A stretch of DNA of 64,000 bases from Candidatus Bathyarchaeia archaeon (GTDB lineage: Archaea; Thermoproteota; Bathyarchaeia; Bathyarchaeales; Bathycorpusculaceae). Shown in pieces: positions 1 to 10,863 of the stretch. Made by a program: the position numbers and the translations under genes. The stretch is taken from assembly GCA_037481775.1 (NCBI GenBank), contig JBBFKZ010000001.1, positions 64,001-128,000 of the forward strand, in the 5' to 3' direction. Each line of letters opens with the position of its first letter. The first letter of the stretch is position 1. The notes under the pieces were generated by a model. The model saw only the letters and a list, made by a program, of their open reading frames with translations, did no database searches and was not told where the DNA came from.

Positions 1-148
1 TCAGCGCCACAAGCCTCGCTTCAATGTCAAAGGTTCCGTTCGTATCTCCCATGGTAAATTTGGTTATTTTTGGAGGCGGAAAGCCTTTCGCAAATTCTTT
101 TCTGGTATAAGCTTGACCTTTTACAGCCCGGTAATTTCTTGCGTGCAT
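1..148 (-). CDS. rpl10e: 50S ribosomal protein L10e/uL16, 5' part (runs off window)
   Basis: Manual translation from ATG at 148: [35 protein letters not shown]..., the typical archaeal L10e N-terminus; not in ORF track. Confidence 0.9.
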   Translation of the reverse strand, partial: MHARNYRAVKGQAYTRKEFAKGFPPPKITKFTMGDTNGTFDIEARLVAL

Positions 149-312
149 ATAGTTCCCTTTTTTAGCATACAGCCTTAGCGCTATTTAAACAATTTGCAAC
201 TATATCCTCACAGTTTTTATATATTCTTCAAGTTTTTGTGTAAAATAAAATGAAGCTCTTTTAACCACGAAAGGCTCATTTACTTATATATTTAGTAACA
301 GATTAGCCTATA

Positions 313-1620
313 ATGATCATGCCGCTTCAGTTGTTTATTCCGGGAAAAAATTGGTGCCTATCGCTAGCGGAACTTGCTTCTTTTCTAGAAGCAAGAAGAA
401 GCAAATACGCTGTGCAGTCTATTTCAAAAGACTTCTTTGTGCTTAGCTTTATTGAGAAAATTGATGCTTCAACTATTGAGGATTTGGGCGGCATCATAAA
501 AATAGGCGATTTAGCTGCAGATTTACCAACGGAAACGTTTCGAAGCGCTTTTCTTCAGAAAAACAAAACGGCTCAAGCTCAAATAGCTCAGACAATCGCA
601 GACAGCGGCATCATTGAAAAGATTCTGGGCGCAGAGTCCAAGAAGGTTCTTTTCGGTGTAAGCGTTTACTGTGCGGAAAAGTCGCTTTGTGCTCATTCTA
701 AGGTTATTCAGCGGTTTATCGGAAGCGCCGTAAAGCGCGAGTTAGCGGTGCATAATAGGAAATCAAAGTTTATGGGGTTCGCTAAAGATAGAAGACAGCC
801 ACAGCTAACTCATGTTGAGGTCCTAAAGAAAAACTTGGTTGAAAACCAAGCAGAAGTGCTGCTTTGCATCGGCGAAGAGCAAACATGGATTGCCACAACA
901 ATCGCAGTGCACAATCCCTTCGAATTTCAGAAACGTGATATAGGCAAACCAAGTCAGCGCAAAATTTTTGCCATGCCCCCTCGGCTGGCGCGGATAATGG
1001 TAAATTTAGCTTTTTGCACACCTGGAAAACTTTTGCTTGATCCCTTCTGCGGCGTGGGCACAGTTCTTCAAGAGGCGCTGTTGGCTAAGGCAAGAGTTGT
1101 TGGCATGGACGTAAACCCTTGGTGCGTGAAAGCAGCGGAAGAGAACTTAGAGTGGCTTAAGAGAGAATACAATTTGGCAGGAGCAGATTTTACGATAATG
1201 CAGGGGGATGCACGTAGTATGGCTAAGAAAATTGGATGGGAACAAGCGGACTGCATCGTAACTGAACCAGATTTAGGCCCGGCGCTGAGGCATATCCCCA
1301 CGGAACCTTACGCTTTGAAAATCATTAGGAAGCTGCAACCATTGTACTTTGATTTTATAGAAGAGGCCTATAAGGTGCTGAAGAAAGGCGGAAGATTAGT
1401 TTTAGTTACTCCGTACATTAAGACACGCGCAGGTGGAGCTGTTACGATGAACATTGAAGATAAAAGCGCGGAAACGGGCTTTCAAAGCGCGTATCCCTTA
1501 AAAAATGAACTTTTTGCTGAAAGCACATGCTTGTCAGAGGCGTTGACTGCGAAGGCGTCTTTTGTGGACGTTGAAGAGAGACATAAAATTGGCAGAGAAA
1601 TACATGTTTTCCAGAAATAA
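313..1620 (+). CDS. Trm11/Trm-G10-like tRNA (guanine-N2) methyltransferase
   Basis: SAM motif LLDPFCGVGT, MPPRLARIMVNL, TEPDLG variant of the DPPY motif. Confidence 0.75.
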   Translation: MIMPLQLFIPGKNWCLSLAELASFLEARRSKYAVQSISKDFFVLSFIEKIDASTIEDLGGIIKIGDLAADLPTETFRSAFLQKNKTAQAQIAQTIADSGIIEKILGAESKKVLFGVSVYCAEKSLCAHSKVIQRFIGSAVKRELAVHNRKSKFMGFAKDRRQPQLTHVEVLKKNLVENQAEVLLCIGEEQTWIATTIAVHNPFEFQKRDIGKPSQRKIFAMPPRLARIMVNLAFCTPGKLLLDPFCGVGTVLQEALLAKARVVGMDVNPWCVKAAEENLEWLKREYNLAGADFTIMQGDARSMAKKIGWEQADCIVTEPDLGPALRHIPTEPYALKIIRKLQPLYFDFIEEAYKVLKKGGRLVLVTPYIKTRAGGAVTMNIEDKSAETGFQSAYPLKNELFAESTCLSEALTAKASFVDVEERHKIGREIHVFQK

Positions 1621-1667
1621 CATGGCAGATGGCGAAACTTGTTCAAGTTTATTAATTTGTTTTATGA

Positions 1668-2183
1668 ATGTTTAGACGACTCAAAGAGTTGATGTGGATG
1701 ACAGGTAAATCAAGACCTGATTGGGACAGGTATTTCCTAGACCTCTGTGAAGCGGTTGCCAAGCGTGCTACATGCGACCGAGGGAAATGCGGCTGCGTCA
1801 TCGTAAAAGATAAGCGAATAATGACTACGGGATATGTAGGCGCGCCTGCGGGGTTGCCTCACTGTGATGAAGTAGGTCATGACTTGCGCAAGGTTATTGA
1901 TTACAACGGCAACATCACTCAGCATTGTGTGCGTACACTTCACGCTGAGCAAAACGCGATTATTCAAGCGGCTAGGTTTGGTATTCCTCTTGAGGGGTCA
2001 ACGCTTTACTGTAAGATGACGCCGTGCAGAACCTGCGCGATGATGATAATAAACGCGGGCATCAAGAGGGTAGTTTGCGAAAAAAGGTATCATGCAGACG
2101 CTGATTCTGTAGAGCTGTTTAAGCAAGCCGGCGTGGAACTGGTCATAATGAATAACGAAGTCGAAAAATACGACAACCAATGA
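1668..2183 (+). CDS. dCMP deaminase (ComEB family); true start may be ATG 1698
   Basis: RPDWDRYF, RATC, HAEQNA and PCRTC zinc-deaminase motifs. Confidence 0.9.
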   Translation: MFRRLKELMWMTGKSRPDWDRYFLDLCEAVAKRATCDRGKCGCVIVKDKRIMTTGYVGAPAGLPHCDEVGHDLRKVIDYNGNITQHCVRTLHAEQNAIIQAARFGIPLEGSTLYCKMTPCRTCAMMIINAGIKRVVCEKRYHADADSVELFKQAGVELVIMNNEVEKYDNQ

Positions 2184-2342
2184 GAGCTACATAAGCCGTG
2201 CTTTACGGTGTCACATTTTAAACGCTAATTTATTCAAAGGCAATTGTTCGTCGAACGCCTATGCTGAATTAAACTGCTAAAGTGGCAAGCATAAAATTTA
2301 GCAAACTCTTGAAAATGGAAAAAAAAGAAGAATTGGATGCGG

Positions 2343-3950
2343 TTACGCGAGAATTCGCTCTATTGCGTCTTTCTCAACTTCGTCAGCCATTGGGATCCCA
2401 GTAACTTTGGCCGCTCTTTCAGATAGGCTCATTAGATCGTTTCTGTCAAGCAATTCAAGTTTCCATTTTCGGGCACCGGCCATCAACTGTTTTAATCCTA
2501 CACCTATTCTGTCGGTTAAGTAAGTGTAGAGACCCATAGCCTCTAACGGTATCTCACTGAAACGTTTGCCATACTTCTTCTTCAACTCAGGAGTCGCTAT
2601 GAAGAACTTCTCAGGTTCAGCGCCATACTTTTCCGCAAACGGTCTTGGCAATTTGCCCTCTTTGGCCAGTTTCGCGAAGTAGCTGGATTTCATGACAGCC
2701 GTAATTGGCGCACGACCCATCAATACAGCCTTTACTAGCGGCTCTCCGCCAAAGTTGCTCAATGCTATGGCCTTGAGAATCGAAGTTTCCTCGATGAAGC
2801 CGCCAGCTATAACTAGGTCAGGAACATGGCGACCTTTCTTTTTAAGTATCTGCGCGCACTTCAGAACAAGTGCTTCTAAGTACACTGTTGGAATGCTCAT
2901 CTCGTCCATCATTGGCACTGGGCTCATGCCTGTTCCGCCGCCTGCGCCATCGAATGATAACGCGTCAATCTTGGCTTCTGAAGCAAACTTCATGGTATAC
3001 GCAACAGCTGATGGTCTGTAAGCGCCTGTCTTTAGGAAAACATGTTTTGCGCCTTGCCTTCTGAGCCATTCTATGTCTTCAATAAAGGATTTTTCTTTCG
3101 GTATGCCTACGCGGCTGTGTCTCTCGAAGGTGTTGAATACGCCTTCTTTGAAGGCTTCCTGAACTGTTGGGTCTTCAGGATCTGGAATTACAATGTAGCC
3201 TCTCTTTTTCAGCAGAATAGCCTTTTCAAGGTTTCTTATTCGCACTTCGCCGCCTATTGCTTTAGCGCCTTGACCCCATTTCCGCTCAATCACGTTGACT
3301 TCTAATTTTGATAGCGCGTAGACATCTACGCCTAGCCTTTGATCTTCCACATTTGTTTGAATCACGACGTCACCGTATTTACCGTCCCAAAACTTTCTGA
3401 AAGCATCAACGCGCCGCTTTAGCTCCTTTGAATAAGTTACTTTTCCGTTCTCAATTTTAGACTCTGGATCCATGCCGCAAACGTTCTCGCCGATGGTGAT
3501 CATAACTCCTGAAAGAGCAGCGCCAATAGCTAAACCATCCCAGTTCACCCGGGCCACATCCGTTGAACCGAAAGCGCCGGTGATTATTGGTAGCTTAAGC
3601 GGTATGCCACCAACTTTGGTTTCGGTACTTGCATTTGGGAAAATTGCAACGTCAGAGTTTTCTTCTATGCCATGAACCTCGAAAAGACTCGCTTGGATGT
3701 TGAAGTGCGACCAGTCAAGGCCGTAGTCTTTTAACGCGCCGGCGGTGCTTGTTCCGAATTGACTTGGATCTGGGTAGAGCGCTTCTCTTCCTCGAAATGC
3801 AGACAAGCTGATTTCGCACAAGACGGGGCAGTCGTGGATGCATATTGGGCACATGCCGCTGACGGTGCTGGTGTCTTTAACGCGTGTTGTTGTTCCAACG
3901 GTTGATTTGCCATTTAGGTACGAGCTGTTTTTTTGCACACGTTCGCTCAT
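2343..3950 (-). CDS. FMN-binding glutamate synthase family protein (archaeal stand-alone type)
   Basis: N-terminal CxxCxxxCxxxC, KWGQGAKAIGGE, DGAGGGTGMSP; start taken at MSERVQ. Confidence 0.8.
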   Translation of the reverse strand: MSERVQKNSSYLNGKSTVGTTTRVKDTSTVSGMCPICIHDCPVLCEISLSAFRGREALYPDPSQFGTSTAGALKDYGLDWSHFNIQASLFEVHGIEENSDVAIFPNASTETKVGGIPLKLPIITGAFGSTDVARVNWDGLAIGAALSGVMITIGENVCGMDPESKIENGKVTYSKELKRRVDAFRKFWDGKYGDVVIQTNVEDQRLGVDVYALSKLEVNVIERKWGQGAKAIGGEVRIRNLEKAILLKKRGYIVIPDPEDPTVQEAFKEGVFNTFERHSRVGIPKEKSFIEDIEWLRRQGAKHVFLKTGAYRPSAVAYTMKFASEAKIDALSFDGAGGGTGMSPVPMMDEMSIPTVYLEALVLKCAQILKKKGRHVPDLVIAGGFIEETSILKAIALSNFGGEPLVKAVLMGRAPITAVMKSSYFAKLAKEGKLPRPFAEKYGAEPEKFFIATPELKKKYGKRFSEIPLEAMGLYTYLTDRIGVGLKQLMAGARKWKLELLDRNDLMSLSERAAKVTGIPMADEVEKDAIERILA

Positions 3951-4037
3951 TTTTTTCCACCTTTTTGTTATAAACATTCAATTTTAATGGCTTGAAATGT
4001 GGAGGGCACATACAAATGTATTTTATATAAATCTATT

Positions 4038-4068
4038 GAACATCATCTATATGTAATAGATCGTGTTC
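4038..4068. promoter_or_regulatory. Imperfect inverted repeat next to the TATA box of the glutamate-synthase-like gene
   Basis: GAACATCATCTAT-atgta-ATAGATCGTGTTC (11 of 13 arm positions match); TATA-like ttttatataa at 4021-4030. Confidence 0.4.
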
Positions 4069-4226
4069 TATTGGAAATATATGAAACACATATCAAAGGC
4101 TTATGTGGCATGTGCAAACATGCAACAAGGCAGCAAAAGCAAGTGCTCATGCGATATGCCTTCCCCGCCCAAAACAAATATAATCACTATTTACATTTAG
4201 TTACCATCGAAAGGGAGGCTTACCAA

Positions 4227-5195
4227 TTGAGTTTTGAAATGTGGGCTGAAAAATACAGGCCAAAAAGTTTAGACGAAATGGTTGATCAAAAGGAAATAGT
4301 TGAGCGCCTAAAAAGTTTTGTAAAAGCAAGAAATGTACCTCACTGCATTTTCGCTGGGCCGCCTGGAACAGGCAAAACTACGGCTGCTTTATGTTTGGCC
4401 CGTGACCTTTATGGGGAAGGCTACCGTGAGCACCTTATGGAACTAAACGCAAGCGACGAGAGAGGCATCGACGTGGTCAGAGAAACAGTGAAGACCTTTG
4501 CAAGATCTCGCTCCATAGGCGAAATACCATTTAAAATCCTAATCCTAGATGAAGCAGACAACATGACTTCTGACGCCCAACAAGCGCTACGGCGAACTAT
4601 GGAAAGATACACCGAAACATGCCGCTTCATCTTATGCGCAAATTACAGCGGCAAAATAATTGAGCCAATCCAGTCCAGATGCGCACCCTTCAGGTTCACT
4701 TTTCTACCACGTGAAGAACATGACAAGTACATAAAGCAGATTGCTGAACGTGAAAACGTCCAATTATTACCCGATGGCGTCGACGCAATTTTCGAAGTCT
4801 GCGGCGGCGACCTAAGAAGAGCGATAAACACGCTACAGGCTGCTGCTTCAGTGAACAAACCCGTGGACGCCAAACTGGTCTACTCGATAACTGGCAGAGC
4901 CAGCCCAGCAGACATACAAAAAATGTTAATCACAGCTATTAAAGGTGACTTCTTAGGCGCCAGAAAACAGCTACGCGACATGATTCAAAAATATGGCATA
5001 GCAGGAAGCGACATAATCCGGCAGATCCACACTGAAATTTTCAAGGCAGCAGAGATACCAGAACCATGGAAAATAAAACTTGCAGGCATAGTAGGCGAAA
5101 TAGATTATCGCTTGGTAGAAGGTTCAGATGAAGAAGTTCAATTAAGCGCTCTCTTGGCGCGGCTAGTTGAAGCAGGGTATGAAATGAAAAAGTAG
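4227..5195 (+). CDS. rfcS: Replication factor C small subunit
   Basis: WAEKYRP, GPPGTGKT, ELNASDERG, DEAD, SRC; start at TTG 4227 after GGGAGG, the longer ORF extension looks non-coding. Confidence 0.95.
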   Translation: MSFEMWAEKYRPKSLDEMVDQKEIVERLKSFVKARNVPHCIFAGPPGTGKTTAALCLARDLYGEGYREHLMELNASDERGIDVVRETVKTFARSRSIGEIPFKILILDEADNMTSDAQQALRRTMERYTETCRFILCANYSGKIIEPIQSRCAPFRFTFLPREEHDKYIKQIAERENVQLLPDGVDAIFEVCGGDLRRAINTLQAAASVNKPVDAKLVYSITGRASPADIQKMLITAIKGDFLGARKQLRDMIQKYGIAGSDIIRQIHTEIFKAAEIPEPWKIKLAGIVGEIDYRLVEGSDEEVQLSALLARLVEAGYEMKK

Positions 5196-5211
5196 AAAAG
5201 GGCGCTGAGTT

Positions 5212-6447
5212 TTGTACGCTGCATGGACAGTTAAGCATAAACCAACATCCGTTGCGGAAATAGTTGGAAACCCAGAAGCCATCAAAACCTTCAGCGAATG
5301 GATAAAATCCTGGAGCAGGGGCGTGCCAAAAAAAAGGGCAGCGTTCCTTTATGGACCGCCTGGTGTTGGTAAAACAGTTACTGTTGAAGCTTTAGCCAAA
5401 GACTTGGGCATGGAGCTTGTGGAGAAAAACGCAAGCGACTACAGAACAGAAGAGGCCATAAACCGCTTCGCAGGACTCGCATCGCAATATGGCTCACTGT
5501 TCGGTGCAAAAAGGATAATATTGCTTGATGAGCTGGATGGGTTAACAGGAAACGCAGACAAAGGCGGAGTCAAAGCTATCACGGAAATCATCAAAACTGC
5601 TCAATGCCCAATAGTTTTAATCGCCAACAATGCTTATGATCCACGGTTCACAAACTTGCGCAGCTACTGCCTTCTAATAGAATTCAAGAAGCCCTCTGCA
5701 AGCGAAGTGGCAAAGCATTTGAAGCGCATAAGTGAACGCGAAGGCATACAAGTTGACGAGAACGCGTTGAAATTTATAGCACAACGCTCAGAAGGCGATG
5801 TACGCTCAGCAATAAACGACTTCCAAGCTTTGGCGCAAGGTAAAAAGCGCTTAACTTACGAGGATGTTTCATGGCTTGGCTACCGAGATAGACGAGACAG
5901 CATTTTCAACGTGCTCAGAATGATAATTTATGGCAGAACATGCGCAGGCGCAAAGCAGGCGGTTGACATGGCCGACGTTGACATTGACATGCTTTTCGAA
6001 TGGATTTATGAGAATGCCCCTGAACATTTAACTGATCCACATGACTTGGCAGAGGCCATGGACGCGCTTTCAATAGCAGATGTCTATCGTGGCAGAATCC
6101 GCACAACACAAGACTGGAGCTTCACCCGCTACGTGATTGACTACATGACAGCTGGTGTAGCCATGGCGCGGCAGCGTTCTAAAAGTTCAGGCTGGACACC
6201 CTTCAAGTTTCCAAGCCGCATCCAAATGCTGTCACGATCCAAAGCAGAACGCGCCATCCAGCTTAGCATAGGATCAAAAATCAAGCGTAAATGCCACATT
6301 TCCGCTTTTAGAGCCACAAAGGAAATTTTGCCCTACTTAAGGGTCATTTTCAAAAACAACGCAGATATGGCCAACAGAATCGCAAAATGGCTGGACCTAG
6401 ACGAAGAAATTGTTGAGTATCTAGCAGGAAATAAAGAAAAAAGTTAA
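5212..6447 (+). CDS. rfcL: Replication factor C large subunit
   Basis: WTVKHKP, GPPGVGKT, NASDYR, DELD; directly follows rfcS. Confidence 0.95.
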   Translation: MYAAWTVKHKPTSVAEIVGNPEAIKTFSEWIKSWSRGVPKKRAAFLYGPPGVGKTVTVEALAKDLGMELVEKNASDYRTEEAINRFAGLASQYGSLFGAKRIILLDELDGLTGNADKGGVKAITEIIKTAQCPIVLIANNAYDPRFTNLRSYCLLIEFKKPSASEVAKHLKRISEREGIQVDENALKFIAQRSEGDVRSAINDFQALAQGKKRLTYEDVSWLGYRDRRDSIFNVLRMIIYGRTCAGAKQAVDMADVDIDMLFEWIYENAPEHLTDPHDLAEAMDALSIADVYRGRIRTTQDWSFTRYVIDYMTAGVAMARQRSKSSGWTPFKFPSRIQMLSRSKAERAIQLSIGSKIKRKCHISAFRATKEILPYLRVIFKNNADMANRIAKWLDLDEEIVEYLAGNKEKS

Positions 6448-7282
6448 CACATGTTTTACATCTTTAGATTAAACTTTCAAAGCTCAAAGAAATTCATCTA
6501 ATTATGACACTTTCTCAGAAAAGGTTCCCAGTTATTTAGTGCGAAACTGATTATAAGTAAGAAATAAAATATGAAACTTATAAATGGTCAAAGATGGAAA
6601 AGAGTGTCGACGAGATCTGGCTCAAAGATGTTGCTCCAAATCCAAAGGGCACCGAAGACAGCAAGCGTTATTATACTTAATATCCATATGCCCGCGGCAA
6701 TTTTTTTACGTGCGTTCATTTTCGGCATGCTTTAACCAGCCAAATTATTCAGGATAACTTAAGCTACATCACCTTTAAGTGCTACCCGAAACCGTTGGGC
6801 CAGATATTTGCGTGAGGCCCAACATTATACGGACTTAATGGTAGAAAAGTCCAGCCAATATATTGATAACCACTAGGCGTAAGAATTTGGTCTGTATAGT
6901 ACCCCACTTCACCATATACGGGTATCGAATTCAACCAAACTATCTCTATTGTTTCGAAATACATGATGGTATATTCCATGCTACTTTGATAAAAGTTGGC
7001 GGTATCAAAAATCAAACCAACTGTTAAAACAGTTATGCCTACAAGCGATAACTATTGCTGTCAGACAGCACTAAGCTCGTAACAAAATCCACATAAAAAA
7101 ACCCGTTTTAATTATAAACTATGCCATTAGTCAGATAAATCTTGCAAAATTATCGTATCGGTTACTTCAAAAACGCTAACTATAATAACGTTGATAACAC
7201 AACAATCATAACAACTAACGCCCAAAAGGTGCTACTCAATTTGTCGCTCAATTCCTCGATACGCAACATGCATATTTTGACT

Positions 7283-7615
7283 TCAGTGAACTCTGCTTCC
7301 TTCTGCGGTATCCTTTTCAGGCTGAAGCACAACAACGTTGCCTTTGTCGTCTTCAGCAGCCAAAATCATGCACTGCGACTCTACACCCATTAACTTACGC
7401 TTTTGAAGGTTAAGAACGAAAACACACTTTTTGCCAACAAGGTCCTGAGGTTTATACCATTGTAGGAGACCAGCAACTGCTTGCCGTTTTTCCGTCTTAA
7501 AATCAACTAAAAGTTTTATGAGATTTCTTGAGCCTGAGATTTGACTTGCCTCTGTAATTTTCCCTACCCGTATGTCCAATTTTTGAAATTCTTCAAATGG
7601 AATATCCGTTCCCAA
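7283..7615 (-). CDS. tRNA-binding protein (CsaA/Trbp111, MetRS C-terminal-like)
   Basis: FEEFQKLDIRVGKI, NLQKRKLMGVESQCMILAA. Confidence 0.85.
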   Translation of the reverse strand: MGTDIPFEEFQKLDIRVGKITEASQISGSRNLIKLLVDFKTEKRQAVAGLLQWYKPQDLVGKKCVFVLNLQKRKLMGVESQCMILAAEDDKGNVVVLQPEKDTAEGSRVH

Positions 7616-7748
7616 ATGCCTCCAGCATGTTTCAACAGAACAAGACCAGATTTGCAGCTTGCCCTCATATAATACTTTTGACGCAAAGCCATTAATTCCT
7701 AAGAGGCAGGCTGAAAAGGAAAAAGCCTAGAAGTAAAAAGAGCGTGGG

Positions 7749-8357
7749 TTAATCGATTTTTATAGATTCACCCTTAGGCTTTTCATCCTTCTTTATTGGT
7801 AAACATACTTCCAAAACGCCGTTTTTGTAAGTTGACCTAGCCTGTTTAACGTCAACCTTTGCGAGTAAAGCAATTTCCTTGTAATATTTGCGTTCAGCCG
7901 TATCAACAGAAATCGTCAGTGTATCTTCTGTGCCATGTAATTTGATGTCACTTTTTTCAACACCAGGCAACTCAGCGACAACTCTGATTTCGCCATCCAT
8001 AACAGTAACATCGACTAAAGGCTCCCGCTCGTTCCTGATGGCCACGCTCGTCCTGCCGAGTTTAGGTTGCGGCTTAATGTTACCAAACTCACGTATTTCC
8101 GGCGTACCGTCAGAACCAATCTTAATACTGTAACCATACACAAATGGACCCCATTCCTCGACCTTGGTCCCATCAGGCAAAACTCTTGAGCGCATGAGAT
8201 TTTTCGGCGCACTTTTGAAAAGCTCCTCAAATTCACTCCGCATATACTCAGAGATCTGTCTGAAATACTCGTCAAAGTCATCGAATATGCTTCTTGGAGC
8301 TAACGGCCAACCTCGACGTCTAAACCATCTGGAAAACCAGTCTTCTTCACTTGACAT
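7749..8357 (-). CDS. hsp20: Small heat shock protein Hsp20 (copy 1)
   Basis: GPFVYGYS, REPLVDV, AELPGVEK, YKNGVLEV; ATG 8357 after GGAGGTGAG. Confidence 0.9.
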   Translation of the reverse strand: MSSEEDWFSRWFRRRGWPLAPRSIFDDFDEYFRQISEYMRSEFEELFKSAPKNLMRSRVLPDGTKVEEWGPFVYGYSIKIGSDGTPEIREFGNIKPQPKLGRTSVAIRNEREPLVDVTVMDGEIRVVAELPGVEKSDIKLHGTEDTLTISVDTAERKYYKEIALLAKVDVKQARSTYKNGVLEVCLPIKKDEKPKGESIKID

Positions 8358-8403
8358 GCACTCACCTCCTTGACAGAAAAAGAAAGAAAAAGTTCGCAAA
8401 GTT

Positions 8404-10047
8404 TTAGAATTCTGATGGAGGCTCCTCAGGTTTCTTGGGGCCCTTTGCCTCTTTTTCCATGCCCTTTGCAGCAATGAGGTCATCGATTTTCAGTATCATG
8501 TTTGCCGCTTCAGTAGCCGACTTAATGACTTGCTGCTTAACACGCAAAGGCTCAACAACGTTCAGCTCAAGCATATTCTTAACTTTTCCAGTGTAGACAT
8601 CGATACCGTAGTATGGGCTAGCGTTACGTTCATGTTCCGCTCTTAACTCGACCATTATATCAATTGGATCAAGACCAGCATTCTCAGCCAATGTCATGGG
8701 AATGGCTTCTACGGCGTCTGCAAAGGCTTCTATAGCTAGTTGCTCTCGACCACCTACCTGAGGTGCATACTTTCGCAGCCGACGTGCAACCTCAGCCTCC
8801 GGCGCACCGCCACCAGCCACAATTTTGCCATCCTCAATGGCATTTCTGACCACGCATAGGGCATCATGTAGCGAACGCTCAGCCTCGTCCACAACATGTT
8901 CTGAGCCTCCGCGGATCACGATGGTGACTGCCTTGGGATTCTTGCACTCACGCACATAAACAAGCTTGTCGTCGCCAATTTTGACCTCTTCAACAACTTT
9001 TGCTTCACCAAGTGTATCAGGCGTGAGGTCCTTTAGACTTGTAATGATTTTGCCGCCAGTAGCACGCGCCAGTTTTTCCATGTCGCTACTGCTTATGCTT
9101 TTAACCGCAAGTATGCCCTTTTTCGCCAAGAAATGCAACGCCAAATCATCAATACCCTTCTCGCAGAATAGGACATTTGCGCCTGTTTTGCTGACTTGCT
9201 CAACCATCTCTTTTAACATGCGCTCTTCTTCATCTAGGAACAGCTTCATTTGCTCAGGTGATTCAATGTTGATTTTGGCGTCAAACTCTGTCTTTTCAAT
9301 TTCAAGCTTAGTGTTAAGCAAGGCTATTTTCGCGTTTTCCACGAACTTGGGCATCTGTGAGCTGGCAACTTCTTTGTCGATGACCATGCCTTTCACAAGT
9401 TCAGTCTCTTCTAAGCCTTTACCATGTTTCTTAATGATTTTTATTAGATCAATGTCTGCCTTTCGTTTTCCATCAACTTCTTCAGTAACTTGTTTTACCG
9501 CTTCAACTGCCAATTTCGCAAAGTGCTCTTTAGCAGAAGTTATGCCCTTGCTACTCATAGAAGTCAATGCTACGTTAACGAGCAGCGTATCGTCTTTTAT
9601 GTTAACTGGAATGGCGATGTTGTTTATGATCTCCTGCGCTTTATCAGCAGCCTTCTTGTAGCCATCGATAATCACTGTTGGATGTACATTTTGATCAAGC
9701 AGATTCTCAGCTTTAGCCAGCAACTCACCAGCTAACACGGCAGCAGTAGTTGTGCCGTCTCCAACTTCATTATCCTGTGTCTTAGCAACTTCCACAAGCA
9801 TTTTCGCCGCTGGATGCTGCACATCAAGCTCCTTTAGAATTGTTGCGCCATCGTTAGTTATCGTCACATCGCCAAGGCTACTTACAAGCATTTTATCCAT
9901 TCCACGTGGTCCGAGACTGGTTTTCACAGTCTCCGCAATTATTTTGGCTGCCAAGATATTGTTTCTTTGGGCGTCTCGTCCGGTAGTTCTACCTGTGCCC
10001 TCTTTTAATACTAAAACAGGAACTGATCCCGAAGGTACAGCGGCCAT
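8404..10047 (-). CDS. ths: Thermosome subunit (group II chaperonin)
   Basis: [29 protein letters not shown]. Confidence 0.97.
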   Translation of the reverse strand: MAAVPSGSVPVLVLKEGTGRTTGRDAQRNNILAAKIIAETVKTSLGPRGMDKMLVSSLGDVTITNDGATILKELDVQHPAAKMLVEVAKTQDNEVGDGTTTAAVLAGELLAKAENLLDQNVHPTVIIDGYKKAADKAQEIINNIAIPVNIKDDTLLVNVALTSMSSKGITSAKEHFAKLAVEAVKQVTEEVDGKRKADIDLIKIIKKHGKGLEETELVKGMVIDKEVASSQMPKFVENAKIALLNTKLEIEKTEFDAKINIESPEQMKLFLDEEERMLKEMVEQVSKTGANVLFCEKGIDDLALHFLAKKGILAVKSISSSDMEKLARATGGKIITSLKDLTPDTLGEAKVVEEVKIGDDKLVYVRECKNPKAVTIVIRGGSEHVVDEAERSLHDALCVVRNAIEDGKIVAGGGAPEAEVARRLRKYAPQVGGREQLAIEAFADAVEAIPMTLAENAGLDPIDIMVELRAEHERNASPYYGIDVYTGKVKNMLELNVVEPLRVKQQVIKSATEAANMILKIDDLIAAKGMEKEAKGPKKPEEPPSEF

Positions 10048-10163
10048 GTCAAATCACCCCCAATTATTTTAAATGAGAGCGAAGCTTAACATAGCATCCC
10101 TAAAAAGAATAGCACTTAAATATAAACTTTTTTAATGTTCGCAGATTTTCCGATTGATTTACC

Positions 10164-10832
10164 TCAGCCCTCTCGATTGCTTTGAAGCAACAATCTTTCT
10201 TTAGAAGCAATCTTGTGAGCCAGTAGCAACGGTTCAGGAATTCGGCTATGCTTTACACAATGTTTAACAATGTTTATGGCTGTTTCTATGGATATGAGGT
10301 GGCCAACGCTGACGTAAACAGGTTTTGAATCTTTTTGTGTTGTAACAACTGAGCCTAGAATTTGACCTTTGTCAACTAAAAAAACATCGTCTCCGATTTC
10401 TGCAAGTTTACCAATCAGTCGACTTTTTGCCACTCCAATAGTAGGCTTCTTTAATACTAGACCTAAATGACTTGCAAAGCCACAGCGATATGGGTGCGCT
10501 ACGCCCTGACCATCGACAAGAACAACATCGGGCTGTAACTTCAGCTTTCTAATGCATGCAATCGCGGGCGGAAGTTCTCTGAAAGAAAGCAAAGTGGGAA
10601 TATAAGGCATCCTCACTGCGCATATGGCTGTTTGTGATTCCAAAAATGAAAGGGAAGCATAATCTAAAACTGCAACCGCACCTACTGCCATTTCGCCTGC
10701 ATAAGCGACGTCAACCCCTGCAACGCGATTAATTTTCTCGGGTAACTTGTCTTCACAAACGAGTTTCTTTGATAAACGTAACTGTGCATTATGCGCTCGC
10801 TGAACTGAAAAATTGTGCATAGCTAACGGCAA
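10164..10832 (-). CDS. nfi: Endonuclease V
   Basis: GVDVAY, PYIPTLLSFRE, VDGQGVAHP, GVAKS, YVSVGH. Confidence 0.93.
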   Translation of the reverse strand: MPLAMHNFSVQRAHNAQLRLSKKLVCEDKLPEKINRVAGVDVAYAGEMAVGAVAVLDYASLSFLESQTAICAVRMPYIPTLLSFRELPPAIACIRKLKLQPDVVLVDGQGVAHPYRCGFASHLGLVLKKPTIGVAKSRLIGKLAEIGDDVFLVDKGQILGSVVTTQKDSKPVYVSVGHLISIETAINIVKHCVKHSRIPEPLLLAHKIASKERLLLQSNREG

Positions 10833-10863
10833 CCACTATCCATCAAACCCTATCTTAGAGTGA

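Noticed and set aside
3999-4226. Long N-terminal extensions in the ORF track (rfcS; also hsp20, rpoP, phoU, ef1b, fen)
   Set aside because: They cover promoters or neighbouring genes; family homology and RBS point to downstream starts
8966-9661. Long antisense ORFs (231 aa in ths, 204 aa in srp54, 189 aa in pcn and others)
   Set aside because: Shadow frames of conserved genes with no recognisable motifs
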